DNA from: Thermodesulfobacteriota bacterium
GTDB taxonomy: Bacteria > Desulfobacterota > Binatia > Bin18
Length of the DNA stretch: 64,000 nt
Assembly: GCA_964291405.2 (NCBI GenBank)
Contig: OZ219926.1
Location: forward strand, 3,040,001 to 3,104,000
Direction of reading: 5' to 3'
Under the pieces are notes generated by a model. The model ran no database searches, was not told the origin of the DNA, and was given only the letters and a program-made list of their open reading frames with translations. The translations under genes and the position numbers were made by a program. Positions 9,158 to 18,830 of this stretch are shown here, in pieces; the stretch's first letter is position 1; every line of letters begins with the position of its first letter.

Positions 9158-10840
9158 CTACGCGCTGCGCAGCACCCGCCCGGCAAACGCGCCGGCATGG
9201 TCGAGTCCTTCCATAAACACCTGGCCGTTGACCAGGGTGTACTCATAGCCCGAGGACTTCTGAATATAGCGCCCACTTCCAGCGGGAAAATCGTACACAA
9301 AAGTCGGCGGCGGCAGACGCAGATTGTCATAATCAATGACGTTCACATCGGCGTAAGCGCCTGCGCGCAGCACGCCCCGATCGTGAATGCCAAACAGTTG
9401 GGCCGGTTCCGCGGTCAGCATATGAATGGCCTGTTCGAGCGCAAAATGTTCGCGTTCCTTGACCCAGTACTTCAGAAAATAGGTTGGCAGGCTGGAATCC
9501 ATGATCTGCCCGCAGTGGGCGCCGGAGTCGCCCAAGCCAATAACGACCTGCGGATGATCCAGCATGTGCTGCACGGCATCAAACTGTGGGTTGAGGAAGG
9601 GATAGTTGAACAGCGCCTCGCCGTTATTTTCGAGAGACAGGGCGATAAAAGCTTCGCCCGGACTCACTCCAAGGCGGTCGGCATGGGTCTGAAGGCTGTC
9701 CGATGCCCCCAGGTCATAGCGCACCTCTCCTTGGGGCAGGACAAAAATCTGACTGAAATCAATCGGCGGCGGATCGTCCTTGGCTTCCTGTATCATCCGC
9801 GCCTGATAAGCCGGATCGCGCAGCTTGGCGACTTTGTCGGCCAGGCTCAGACCGCGCAGGGCTCTCCATGCCGGAGCTCGGTCAAACGGTGTCCGATTGA
9901 CAAAGCCGAACAGCACGCCAATACCCCGTGTGGTGGACTGGGCAAAGACTTTGGCCCCGCGCTTGGCGCTGGCGTTGATCTGGTCCAACATGGACGCATA
10001 CGCCGTCGGATGCGGGCGGCTCTGGGCCAGACCAAAGGTCACGGGCCGGCCGGTGGCCAGACTGACTTCCGTCATCCAGTGCACTTCACGTTGCAGGTCT
10101 TCCTGGCTGCCGCTGTCGATACCTGGCGCGGCCTCAACCACGCCGCGTTGCAGTTCGCCCAGCGCACTGGCGATTCCCATCAGCTCGTCAAACTCGGCAA
10201 ACGTGCCGGGAACGGGCTGCCCCTCCGGGGTGCGGTGAAGAATGGTCCGCGAGGTAGAGAATCCGAGCGCCCCGCCGGCAATGGCTTCGGCGACAATATC
10301 GTGCATCTTGCCAATAGCCTCGGGGCTGGCGGGCTTGTTTTCCAGGCTTTCCTCACCCATGGCCCAATAGCGAACCGCGCAGTGACCAACCATACCGCCG
10401 ACGTTGACCCCTTTGGGGGCCGTATCGAGCGCCTTGAGATATTCTCCGTAGGTTTCCCATTTCCAGGGCATACCTTCGGTAATGCTCGCCGCGGGAATAT
10501 CTTCCACCGATTCCATCAGGTGAGCCAGATAGTCCCGATCCTGCGGACGGCACGGGGCAAACGTCACGCCGCAGTTGCCCATGACAACCGAGGTCACGCC
10601 GTGCCAGCACGAGGAGGAGACCGCGGGGTCCCACCAGATCTGAGCATCCAGGTGGGTATGAATGTCCACAAAACCGGGGGTGACGAGCTTGCCTTCGGCA
10701 TTGATGGTCCGTTTTGCCGCACCGGTCACCGTACCGATTTCGGCGACTCGGTCGCCCTGGATGGCAACATCCGCGTGGCGTTGTTGACTGCCGGTACCGT
10801 CAATGACGGTCCCGTTTTTAATAACGATATCGTAGGCCAT
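9158..10840 (-). CDS. N-acyl-D-amino-acid deacylase family amidohydrolase
   Basis: VTPGFVDIHTHLD, GVTSVVMGNCG, GLGDSGAH, DRGVLRAGAYADVNVID. Confidence 0.92.
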   Translation of the reverse strand: MAYDIVIKNGTVIDGTGSQQRHADVAIQGDRVAEIGTVTGAAKRTINAEGKLVTPGFVDIHTHLDAQIWWDPAVSSSCWHGVTSVVMGNCGVTFAPCRPQDRDYLAHLMESVEDIPAASITEGMPWKWETYGEYLKALDTAPKGVNVGGMVGHCAVRYWAMGEESLENKPASPEAIGKMHDIVAEAIAGGALGFSTSRTILHRTPEGQPVPGTFAEFDELMGIASALGELQRGVVEAAPGIDSGSQEDLQREVHWMTEVSLATGRPVTFGLAQSRPHPTAYASMLDQINASAKRGAKVFAQSTTRGIGVLFGFVNRTPFDRAPAWRALRGLSLADKVAKLRDPAYQARMIQEAKDDPPPIDFSQIFVLPQGEVRYDLGASDSLQTHADRLGVSPGEAFIALSLENNGEALFNYPFLNPQFDAVQHMLDHPQVVIGLGDSGAHCGQIMDSSLPTYFLKYWVKEREHFALEQAIHMLTAEPAQLFGIHDRGVLRAGAYADVNVIDYDNLRLPPPTFVYDFPAGSGRYIQKSSGYEYTLVNGQVFMEGLDHAGAFAGRVLRSA

Positions 10841-10957
10841 GACTCCCCCTTGTGTGGCTCAGTGCGTTCCTCTGACCAGCTTGCCTATGTGTTAGCGCTC
10901 CACTTTGCGCAATTCGGGGCGCCGTGTCAATTCGGCTCAAAAAATCGCCACCCAGGC

Positions 10958-11002
10958 CCACCACCCTCCCTGGGAGGGGTGGCGCGTAGCGGCGGGGTGG
11001 GT
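10958..11002 (-). repeat. REP-like palindromic intergenic element
   Basis: Reverse complement ACCCACCCCG..GCCACCCCTCCCAGGGAGG matches the element at 35468. Confidence 0.55.
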
Positions 11003-11114
11003 ACTCCCTGGTCCGGCGATCCCCTGCCTCTGGCGAGCGCTGGTTCCTGGGAATGTGCATCACACGTACCAGAGGAGCCGGAACAGGGAGAACAGCCATG
11101 ACCCGGCAGGCACC

Positions 11115-11300
11115 GTGAGGTCGCAGATTTAACACTCGAACAGATTGGAGACGCTGGAGTTCAAGGAGACGACCGGGACTCGCCGGGAGGCGGCCATGAT
11201 GGTGTGCGCCTTCCTGAACCAGTGCGACGGGCAGATACACGGCGAGCAACGCTGGGGAGTCAGTATGCGACAGGACTCAGAACACCGGACCGATGAGTGA
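11115..11300 (+). pseudogene. remnant of an AlbA_2/Schlafen-like domain gene
   Basis: LTLEQI then frameshift into ETLEFKETTGTRREAAMMVCAFLNQCDGQ, stop at 11298; same LEFK..C A..N..G pattern as the N-terminus of 59491-61137. Confidence 0.6.
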
Positions 11301-11437
11301 ACGCGTGTAAGTCTTCTTGGACGAGTTGAGAGGGGGCAGCAGTAATGAACCCACAGGTATCGGTACCAAAATCCGCCTACGCCACATGATTGAGGCAGTG
11401 GCGGGATGCCGCCGGCGAAGCCTCAGGAAAGCATGGC

Positions 11438-11824
11438 TTACCAGAGGCGGCGCACGCCGTACCGGTCGAAGAGTGATTCGTTTGAAATGAAAACGAGATT
11501 GTGCGCCAGCGCCTGGGCGATGAGCATCCGGTCGAAGGGGTCTCGATGGGGACCCGGTAGCGCGCCAGCGCGACTGGCGTCATCCACGGTGATGGCAAGC
11601 TCGTCGAAACCCTGGTTTGCTATAGCTCCGGCAACGTCAGCGGCGATCAAGTCAGTGCCTGGGAGTTTGCCGAGCCGATGTTTGGTGGTGATTTCCCAGG
11701 CCGACGCTGCGCTTATCAACACTGCATTCGCCTCGTCCGCAATCGTGCGGTATACCGTCTCCGACAGACGCCTGCTGTCTGTCATCCACCAAAGAAAAGT
11801 ATGCGTGTCCAACAGTGCTCGCAC
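11438..11824 (-). CDS. vapC: PIN-domain VapC toxin
   Basis: LLDTHTFLWW, SAASAWEI, HRDPFDRMLIAQA. Confidence 0.95.
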   Translation of the reverse strand: MRALLDTHTFLWWMTDSRRLSETVYRTIADEANAVLISAASAWEITTKHRLGKLPGTDLIAADVAGAIANQGFDELAITVDDASRAGALPGPHRDPFDRMLIAQALAHNLVFISNESLFDRYGVRRLW

Positions 11825-11826
11825 CG

Positions 11827-12060
11827 CTATTCACCTTCCCATGCTTTCAACTCCTCCTCCGGCAGTGGGTCGAAGAAACTGTCTGGAATGACGATCTTTC
11901 CCTTGAAAATATCGGGCTGCCGCTTGCCTTGCTTTTGGACACTCACCAACCGCGCCACCGGCTTGCCGTTGCGGGCAATGATAACCTCCTCGCCGCCCTC
12001 GACTTGCGCAAGCAGACGCGACAACTGGGTCTTCGCTTGATGGACATTCACCACTGGCAT
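11827..12060 (-). CDS. Phd/YefM family antitoxin
   Basis: VNVHQAKTQLSRLL..GEEVIIARNGKPVARLV..FFDPLPEEEL. Confidence 0.95.
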   Translation of the reverse strand: MPVVNVHQAKTQLSRLLAQVEGGEEVIIARNGKPVARLVSVQKQGKRQPDIFKGKIVIPDSFFDPLPEEELKAWEGE

Positions 12061-12090
12061 TGCTGGCTCCTTGAAGTATGATTAGCTAAG

Positions 12091-12118
12091 AGTATGACTA
12101 ATACAAATATTGTGTCAA
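12091..12118 (-). promoter_or_regulatory. sigma70 promoter of the TA operon
   Basis: TTGACA (12118-12113)-N16-CATACT (12096-12091); direct repeat AGTATGA and palindrome TTAGCTAA nearby as a likely operator. Confidence 0.65.
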
Positions 12119-12642
12119 GCGGCCAACTTGATCGTATTTACTCCATGAATACGGTACGGAGGAAATTTTCATATTTCGTGAAATTTCACCCCGCATGAAA
12201 TCATGGAAATCTCGACTCTGCTCTGGCTTTTCGACTTCCTGCGCGGGGTCGGATTCATGCTCTATGCCACCCCCAAATGACCCCTTACGACCCCTCAACA
12301 TCGCCCCCAAAGACCCCTCTGAAACCCCGATTAAGGGGCATTTTTTGATATCAGGGTTTTGTGAAATCACGTGAAAATTTCATAACCCGTGAGAAATCGC
12401 TAACTGCCCGCACACGCGGGACTTTTCGCGATTTCGGCCAAAATCGTTATGAAATATTTCGCCAATTCTCACATCCTGAACCAAAAGTGGCACTGAACTT
12501 TTGGAATTTTACAGCGAGAGTGGAAAGTGTACGCGCGGCAGAGCGTGGCTGTGGCATGCCTGATTTTCCAGTGGATTCTTGCCCAATCGGGGAGCCTTGG
12601 ATGCTTGTCTCCCTCCGAGCAGGTGTGGTACACGGGGCACTC

Positions 12643-14211
12643 ATGAATCTGGTGCAGCATTTCTGGAACCGGCTTGCTCACGATGCAGACCGCGTGCTGT
12701 TCGAACATCTCGCGCCGTCGGGAGAAATCATTTGGCGTCAGACCCGCGGCGCCTTGCTCACGGAGGCTTCGCTGTGGATGGCCGCTCTGCGCGGTGCCGG
12801 CATCGGGCCGGGTGACCGGGTTGCCCTGTCGCTGGGCAAGGCCACTGGTCTGGTCACCGCGCACTTGGCTATTCTTGGTGTCGGGGCCGGTGTGGTGCCG
12901 CTCAATCCCGCGCTGTCTGCGGTCGAGACTGAAGCCGTCCTGAAACAGGCCGAGGTCAAACTGGCGATTACGACCGCGTCAACGGTCAACCGCTCTCCGG
13001 AGATTGTCACTGCGGTCAACGGACCGTGGTGGGTTGCCACCCAGGATGAAGAGCAAGGCGATGTTCCGCAGCAGACCGTCGCGTTAGCCAATGTCCTGGC
13101 CGGTTATCGGCCCGGTGCCGAACCCTATATCGGTTCGGATGACGCGGTTGCCCTGCTGCTGTTCACCAGTGGAACGACCGGGCAACCCAAAGGTGTTGGG
13201 CTGACCCACCACAACATTGGTGCCAACCTCCAGGCCCTACTGGTCGAGACCTGGCAAATGAGCGCCGAGGATCGTCTGTTGCACGCCCTGCCGCCCCATC
13301 ATCTGCACGGCCTGGGTCTCGGCCTGTATGGAACGCTGTACGTTGGCAACGCGGCCGTGCTGCTGGACCGCTTCGACCCCGTGGTCGTTCTGACCGCGTT
13401 GGCCCAACATCGCATCAGCGTGTTTATGGGTGTCCCGACCATGTATCATCGCATGGTTGAACGCATGGCCGAGCTGGCCGGAGACGTGTCCTATGCCTCA
13501 ATGCGGGTGTTTATCTCCGGCTCCGCGCCGCTCTCGCCCGAGACCTTTCGACGTTTTGAAGAGCAGTCGGGTTTCCGTATTGTCGAACGCTATGGCCTGA
13601 CCGAGACCGCGATCAATACGTCCAATCCCCTGGATGGTGAGCGCCGCCCCGGTACGGTTGGTCCGGCCTTGCCGGGGGTTGAGGTTGGGATTTTCGATCC
13701 GCACACCAAGCGGCCGCTCTCGCCTGGGGAGACCGGAGAAATCTGGGTGCGTGGTCCGAATGTCTTTAGCGGCTACTGGAATAATCCGGAGGCCACCGCA
13801 ACGGCCTTCTGTGACGACTGGTTTCGTACCGGTGATTTGGGTGTCCTGTCCGCGGACAACTATCTGTCCATCAACGGTCGGATGAAGGAGCTCATCATCG
13901 TGGGGGGAACCAATGTCACGCCGGGGGAGGTCGAAGCTGTCCTGGAAACTCAAGCGGGTGTGCGTGAGTGTGCGGTTGCCGGTGTGCCGGATGCGGATTT
14001 GGGAGAAAAAGTCGCCGCCTTCATCGTTCCCCAGGCTGACCAGGACGCGACGACTCTTGAAGACCGGCTACGCAAGCGAGCCGAACAGGACCTGGCGCCG
14101 TATAAGCGCCCACGTCTGTATCGCTTTCTGGCCGAAATTCCGCGTAACTCCATGGGCAAGGTCGAACGCGGGAAACTCAAGGACCTGGGAAGCGAAGCCC
14201 CAGCGGTCTGA
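12643..14211 (+). CDS. AMP-binding acyl-CoA synthetase (malonyl-CoA synthetase-like)
   Basis: FTSGTTGQPKG, ERYGLTE, WFRTGDLG, PRNSMGKV; start uncertain (12601 or 12643). Confidence 0.9.
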   Translation: MNLVQHFWNRLAHDADRVLFEHLAPSGEIIWRQTRGALLTEASLWMAALRGAGIGPGDRVALSLGKATGLVTAHLAILGVGAGVVPLNPALSAVETEAVLKQAEVKLAITTASTVNRSPEIVTAVNGPWWVATQDEEQGDVPQQTVALANVLAGYRPGAEPYIGSDDAVALLLFTSGTTGQPKGVGLTHHNIGANLQALLVETWQMSAEDRLLHALPPHHLHGLGLGLYGTLYVGNAAVLLDRFDPVVVLTALAQHRISVFMGVPTMYHRMVERMAELAGDVSYASMRVFISGSAPLSPETFRRFEEQSGFRIVERYGLTETAINTSNPLDGERRPGTVGPALPGVEVGIFDPHTKRPLSPGETGEIWVRGPNVFSGYWNNPEATATAFCDDWFRTGDLGVLSADNYLSINGRMKELIIVGGTNVTPGEVEAVLETQAGVRECAVAGVPDADLGEKVAAFIVPQADQDATTLEDRLRKRAEQDLAPYKRPRLYRFLAEIPRNSMGKVERGKLKDLGSEAPAV

Positions 14212-14235
14212 AGGCAGCCTGAAGGAGTAGCGATC

Positions 14236-15087
14236 ATGCAGCTCGTCACCTATGAACGCAACAATCAACGCAGCACGGGCGTGTTGACCGCCGCCGGTGT
14301 TGTCGATCTTCCGAGCGCCTCCCACGGAGTGGTCCCCGGCGACATGCTGCGCCTGCTCCAAGGCGGAGCGGCCGTGCTGGATCAGGCGCAGGAAGCCACC
14401 GGTGCCGACGGCCCGATTCCGCTGGCCGATGTCCAACTCAAAGCCCCTATTGCGAGACCGGGGAAAATCCTCGGGATCGGACTGAACTATGCCGACCATG
14501 CCGCGGAAGGCGGCAGGAAGAAACCGGACTATCCACTGATTTTTGCCAAGACCGTACCGGAGACGATCGGCCTGGGCGAGGCGATTCACCTTCCGCCGGT
14601 GAGTCAGATGGTTGATTTTGAGGGCGAGTTGGCGGTCGTGATCGGCACCTTGGCCAGAGCGGTTTCAGCCCAGGACGCCCTCAACTATGTTGCCGGTTAC
14701 ACGATTTGTAATGATGTGAGCGCGCGCGATTATCAGCGCCGGAGCGGCCATACTCCCGGCAAGTCGTTTGAGACGTTTGCGCCGCTGGGGCCGGTCATTG
14801 TCACCCGAGACGAAATTCCCGACCCCCACGCGTTGGACATTCGGACCGTGGTCAGCGGGCAGGAAATGCAGCACTCCAACACGAAACATCTGATTTTTCA
14901 GATTCCGTATTTGATCGAGTATCTGTCGCATATCTTTCCCCTGGAACCGGGCGATGTGATTACCACCGGAACCCCCTCGGGCGTGGGGGCCTATCGCGAG
15001 CCGCCTCGCTTTCTCAAGGCCGGCGATACGGTCCGGATTGAAGTGGAGGGAATTGGGGTTTTGGAGAACCCGGTAGTGGCCGGCTGA
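14236..15087 (+). CDS. fumarylacetoacetate hydrolase family protein
   Basis: GIGLNYADHA, VDFEGELAVVIG, NDVSARD, PGDVITTGTPSGVG. Confidence 0.94.
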   Translation: MQLVTYERNNQRSTGVLTAAGVVDLPSASHGVVPGDMLRLLQGGAAVLDQAQEATGADGPIPLADVQLKAPIARPGKILGIGLNYADHAAEGGRKKPDYPLIFAKTVPETIGLGEAIHLPPVSQMVDFEGELAVVIGTLARAVSAQDALNYVAGYTICNDVSARDYQRRSGHTPGKSFETFAPLGPVIVTRDEIPDPHALDIRTVVSGQEMQHSNTKHLIFQIPYLIEYLSHIFPLEPGDVITTGTPSGVGAYREPPRFLKAGDTVRIEVEGIGVLENPVVAG

Positions 15088-15167
15088 ATCCGCGGCCCGG
15101 TCCTCGCCTGACACTCTCACGCTTGCAACTCTATCCTTACACAACCACGAAGGTGGGGAAGTGAACG

Positions 15168-16919
15168 ATGGCGGATCAGCCCACAGACACCCACCAGGAT
15201 ATTCGCTACGAGCCCGATGAGCGTCCCCCGCTCGCGCTCTCCATCGGGCTTGGGTTCCAGTATGCCATACTCGCCGTTGCCGGCATCGTACTGACGCCGG
15301 TCATGATGATCAGAATTGCGGGCGGGAGTGAAGCCTATCTGTCATGGGCGGTGTTCGCCGCGCTCGTGATCAGTGGGACAACCACGATAATTCAGTCCGT
15401 CCGTCTCGGGCGCATTGGTGCGGGCTATATTCTGCTCATGGGCAGCTCCGGCGCCTTCATTGCCGTCTGCGTGTCAGCGCTGGAGCAGGGTGGACCGGGA
15501 CTGATGGCGAGCCTGATCGTCATTGCCTCTCTCTTCCAGTTCGTGCTTGCGACCAAGCTGTCATGGTTCCGGCGAATCTTCACGCCAACGGTAGCCGGCA
15601 CCGTGCTGATGCTGATCCCGGTGACCATCGGCCCGCTCGTCTTGAGTAAGCTGACAGACGTGCCGGCGGGCGCGTCGCCAGCGGCCGCGCCCGTGACCGC
15701 AGGTGTGACCCTGGTGGTCACGATTGTAATGGCGCTCTATAACTCTAGCGCGTGGCGGCTCTGGGCTCCGGTCATCGGGATAGGCGCGGGCAGCGCGGTC
15801 GGTGGTCTGGTTTTCGGCATCTATGAAACCGCGCGTATCTCCGAGGCGGCCTGGGTCGGCTTGCCGGCAGTCGTGTGGCCCGGCCTCGACCTCAGCTTTG
15901 GTCCGACCTTCTGGGCTCTGCTGCCGGCGTTCGTGCTGGTGACGCTCATTGGTGCGCTCGATACGATCGGCGACACTATTGCGATCCAGCGGGTCTCGTG
16001 GCGTAGACCGCGCGCGATCGACTTCCGCTCGATTCAGGGTGCGCTCACTGCCGACGGCCTGGGCAATCTGCTCTCCGGGTTCGCCGGCACGGTGCCCAAC
16101 GCGACGTATACGGCGAGTATCTCGGTCGCCGAAATCACCAGAGTGGCGGCCCGTTTTGTCGGCGTGTGTGTGGGCGTCATTTTCGTTGTACTGGCCTTCC
16201 TGCCGAAATGTGTTGCTGCCGTGGTGGCCATACCGGGTCAGGTGGTGGCGGCCTATTTTATTGTGCTGATGGCGATCTTCTTTGTCATGGGGATGCGCAT
16301 CCTCTTTCAGGACGGTCTCGACTATCGAAAGGGCGTCATAGTGGGCCTCGCGTTCTGGATTGGGAGTGCGCTTCAGCTTGATTGGATCTTCCCGGAATAC
16401 TTTCAGGGGTCGTGGAGCAAATTGCTCAGGAACGGGATGACTGTCGGCGGCTTCACGGTGATGTTCCTGACGCTGTTCGTCGAGCTGACCGGGTCACGTC
16501 GCCAACGCCTCAAGACCATCTTGAACGTCGATGCTTATCCGAAGGTTGATGCCCTCCTGTCCGGATTTGCCGCCCATCAGGGCTGGAACCAAGAGATGAC
16601 CGATCGGCTGCGCGCGGTCGGTGAGGAGACGCTCCTCATCCTCATCCAGCAGAAAGAGAAAGGTTCGACACACGCCGAGCGCCGCCTGTTGCTGATCGCA
16701 CACAGCGATGGCGAGGCGGCTGATCTGGAATTCATCGCCGCCGCCGACGAGACGAATATCGAGGATCAGATGGCACTGCTCAGCGAACAGGTTGTAGGGG
16801 TGCCGGTCGAGGAAGAGCTCTCCCTTCGTCTGTTGCGGCATTACGCCACGTCCGTGCGCCATCAGAAATTTCACGATACCGACGTGGTCACGGTCCGCGT
16901 GGAGCCGACCGTCTCCTGA
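15168..16919 (+). CDS. NCS2/SLC23 xanthine-uracil permease-like protein with C-terminal soluble domain (paralog 1)
   Basis: YEPDERPP...GLGFQ, FTPTVAGTV, ADGLGNLLSG..GTVPN; many TM segments; about 140-aa soluble tail. Confidence 0.88.
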   Translation: MADQPTDTHQDIRYEPDERPPLALSIGLGFQYAILAVAGIVLTPVMMIRIAGGSEAYLSWAVFAALVISGTTTIIQSVRLGRIGAGYILLMGSSGAFIAVCVSALEQGGPGLMASLIVIASLFQFVLATKLSWFRRIFTPTVAGTVLMLIPVTIGPLVLSKLTDVPAGASPAAAPVTAGVTLVVTIVMALYNSSAWRLWAPVIGIGAGSAVGGLVFGIYETARISEAAWVGLPAVVWPGLDLSFGPTFWALLPAFVLVTLIGALDTIGDTIAIQRVSWRRPRAIDFRSIQGALTADGLGNLLSGFAGTVPNATYTASISVAEITRVAARFVGVCVGVIFVVLAFLPKCVAAVVAIPGQVVAAYFIVLMAIFFVMGMRILFQDGLDYRKGVIVGLAFWIGSALQLDWIFPEYFQGSWSKLLRNGMTVGGFTVMFLTLFVELTGSRRQRLKTILNVDAYPKVDALLSGFAAHQGWNQEMTDRLRAVGEETLLILIQQKEKGSTHAERRLLLIAHSDGEAADLEFIAAADETNIEDQMALLSEQVVGVPVEEELSLRLLRHYATSVRHQKFHDTDVVTVRVEPTVS

Positions 16920-17002
16920 TGAGCGGACCCGCGCCGCGTGGGTCCGCTCCTTACTGCCAACGTCTTCCTGACGCTGCGCCATGTCCCTGCTATAGTCGTG
17001 GG

Positions 17003-18604
17003 GTGCCCCCAACCGACACGTCTGTAGACCCTTCCCAAGGGACTCCTGACTCTTTGCGGTCCCGGATCGCTCGGAAGGGCAGCCCCATTATTATTGCGAC
17101 GCTGCTAAGCCGGCCGCTGGGTTTTATCCGGGAAGCCGTCCAGGCTGCGCTGTTTGGTGCGTCTCGCCTGACGGATGCCTTTCTGGTTGCGTATAACGTC
17201 CCGGAAATGATGCAGACCCTTTTCTTCAGCGGGGTACTGAGCAATTTTTTCGTGCCGGTCATCACCCGCTATCGCGACAAGAAAGACGAGCTGAGTACGA
17301 TTTTCAGCCTCGCTCTGAATGGGGCCATCCTCTTGGCCGTGCTGCTGGCCGGGGGGTGTTATGTCTTCGCCTCTGGCCTCATGACTGTGGCTGCGCCCGG
17401 TTTGGCCGGGGACGATCACGCGCTGGCGGTCTTTCTGTTTCGATTCATGCTGCCCATGCTGGTCCTGCACTGCCTGCTGGCCGTGATGAAAGGCACGCTC
17501 AACAGCCTCGACCACTACGCCATGCCGGAATACGCGGGGGTGTTTTTCAATCTGGTTATGATTCTGTGTGCCCTGGCTCTCGCACCCAGCTATGGCATTA
17601 CCAGCCTGGCAATCGGCGTTGTCGCCGGCAGCAGCCTCCAGGTGCTGATCCAACTACCCACGCTGCGACGCTACGGTATCCGCTATCGACCAACCCTGGC
17701 TTTCTCTCACCCGGCCCTGCGAGAAATGGGCGGCCTGGCGCTCGGCGCCTTTATTGCCACCGCGGTTGTGCCCATCAATGCCTTTGTGGCGCGGGCTCTG
17801 GCATCAACTCTGGCCGAGGGCAGTATATCCGCCCTGGCGTATGCCTTTCGGGTATTTCTGTTACCGGTTAGTGTGGTCGCGGTTCCGGTCTATACCGTCC
17901 TGCTGACCGAACTCTCAAGCGCCCACAACCAGGGACAGCTTGCGACCTTCAAAAAACAGGCCGAGGCCGGACTCTCGCTGCTCTTTGCGGTTGCCCTGCC
18001 GGCAACCGCGATCCTGGTTGCCCTGGCGCTGCCTATCACCCGCCTGCTGTACGAACGTGGTCAATTCACTCCGGAAGACGTGGCCATGACCAGCCAGGCC
18101 CTGATGGCCTACGGGGTTGGCATCCTGGCCTATGGGACCAGTCAGGTGATGGTGCGCCTCTTCAACGCCACAAAGGACACCCGGACGCCCGCTTGGATTG
18201 GGGTTGGTTCGATTGGGCTGCACGCGGCCGGCTGTTGGCTGCTGATGCAGGTGTGGGGTCACTGGGGTATTGCCCTGGTGACCTCGCTGGTGTCCTATCT
18301 GAACACCGGTGTCCTGTACGTCATCTTTCGGCGGCGGCACGGCCCGCTTGATGAAGGAATCCTCCTGCGGCGTCTTGGAGTCCATGTCGTGTTAGCTGTG
18401 GTTTTGGGAGGCTGCCTGTTTTTTTTCAGCCAGCCTCTGGCCACTGCCACCGGCTCGCTCATGACCGGTGAGCATCTTCTCCGTTTGGCCGGCATCCTGA
18501 TCGCCGGCGGAGGCGTCTATCTCGTGCTCGGTCTGCTCTTCAAAGTGGAAGAGGTTCGCACGGGAGTGCGTGTGCTCAAGCGGGCGGTGAGGGGACTGAA
18601 ATAA
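17003..18604 (+). CDS. murJ: lipid II flippase MurJ (MviN)
   Basis: TLLSRPLGFIRE, TDAFLVAYNVPE, LLYERGQFT, KDTRTP; start uncertain (16919 or GTG 17003). Confidence 0.9.
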   Translation: MPPTDTSVDPSQGTPDSLRSRIARKGSPIIIATLLSRPLGFIREAVQAALFGASRLTDAFLVAYNVPEMMQTLFFSGVLSNFFVPVITRYRDKKDELSTIFSLALNGAILLAVLLAGGCYVFASGLMTVAAPGLAGDDHALAVFLFRFMLPMLVLHCLLAVMKGTLNSLDHYAMPEYAGVFFNLVMILCALALAPSYGITSLAIGVVAGSSLQVLIQLPTLRRYGIRYRPTLAFSHPALREMGGLALGAFIATAVVPINAFVARALASTLAEGSISALAYAFRVFLLPVSVVAVPVYTVLLTELSSAHNQGQLATFKKQAEAGLSLLFAVALPATAILVALALPITRLLYERGQFTPEDVAMTSQALMAYGVGILAYGTSQVMVRLFNATKDTRTPAWIGVGSIGLHAAGCWLLMQVWGHWGIALVTSLVSYLNTGVLYVIFRRRHGPLDEGILLRRLGVHVVLAVVLGGCLFFFSQPLATATGSLMTGEHLLRLAGILIAGGGVYLVLGLLFKVEEVRTGVRVLKRAVRGLK

Positions 18605-18606
18605 AA

Positions 18607-18751
18607 ATGTGGGTGACGACCCTGGGGGTGGAGTTTCTGCGGGGAGCCGCAGGGGGAGTGTGTGATGGCGGGTTCCCCGACCCCGGGTGAGACCGTGCTG
18701 TTGGAATGGCAGCAGAATAACCAGAATTTTGTCATCACAGACATGAATTGA
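18607..18751 (+). pseudogene. frameshifted 3' fragment of a probable secreted-protein gene
   Basis: VTTLGVEFLRGAAG / frameshift in the G5 run near 18652-18656 / ECVMAGSPTPGETVLLEWQQNNQNFVITDMN*. Confidence 0.4.
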
Positions 18752-18830
18752 GGAGATAGGGTAACGAAAACATGCCGCATGAGAGGCGAGGGTATTATCC
18801 GATATCCATGTGGGACATGAGGGGTGCGTG

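Noticed and set aside
8855-11101. 748-aa plus-strand ORF
   Set aside because: Antisense shadow of the amidohydrolase and CYTH genes; no motifs; such shadows are common in GC-rich DNA
12318-12340. GAAACCCCGATTAAGGGG resembles part of a CRISPR repeat
   Set aside because: Single copy, no spacers, no cas genes
12361-12600. N-terminal extension of the acyl-CoA synthetase ORF
   Set aside because: AT-rich, palindrome-laden sequence not resembling the family; true start probably 12601-12643
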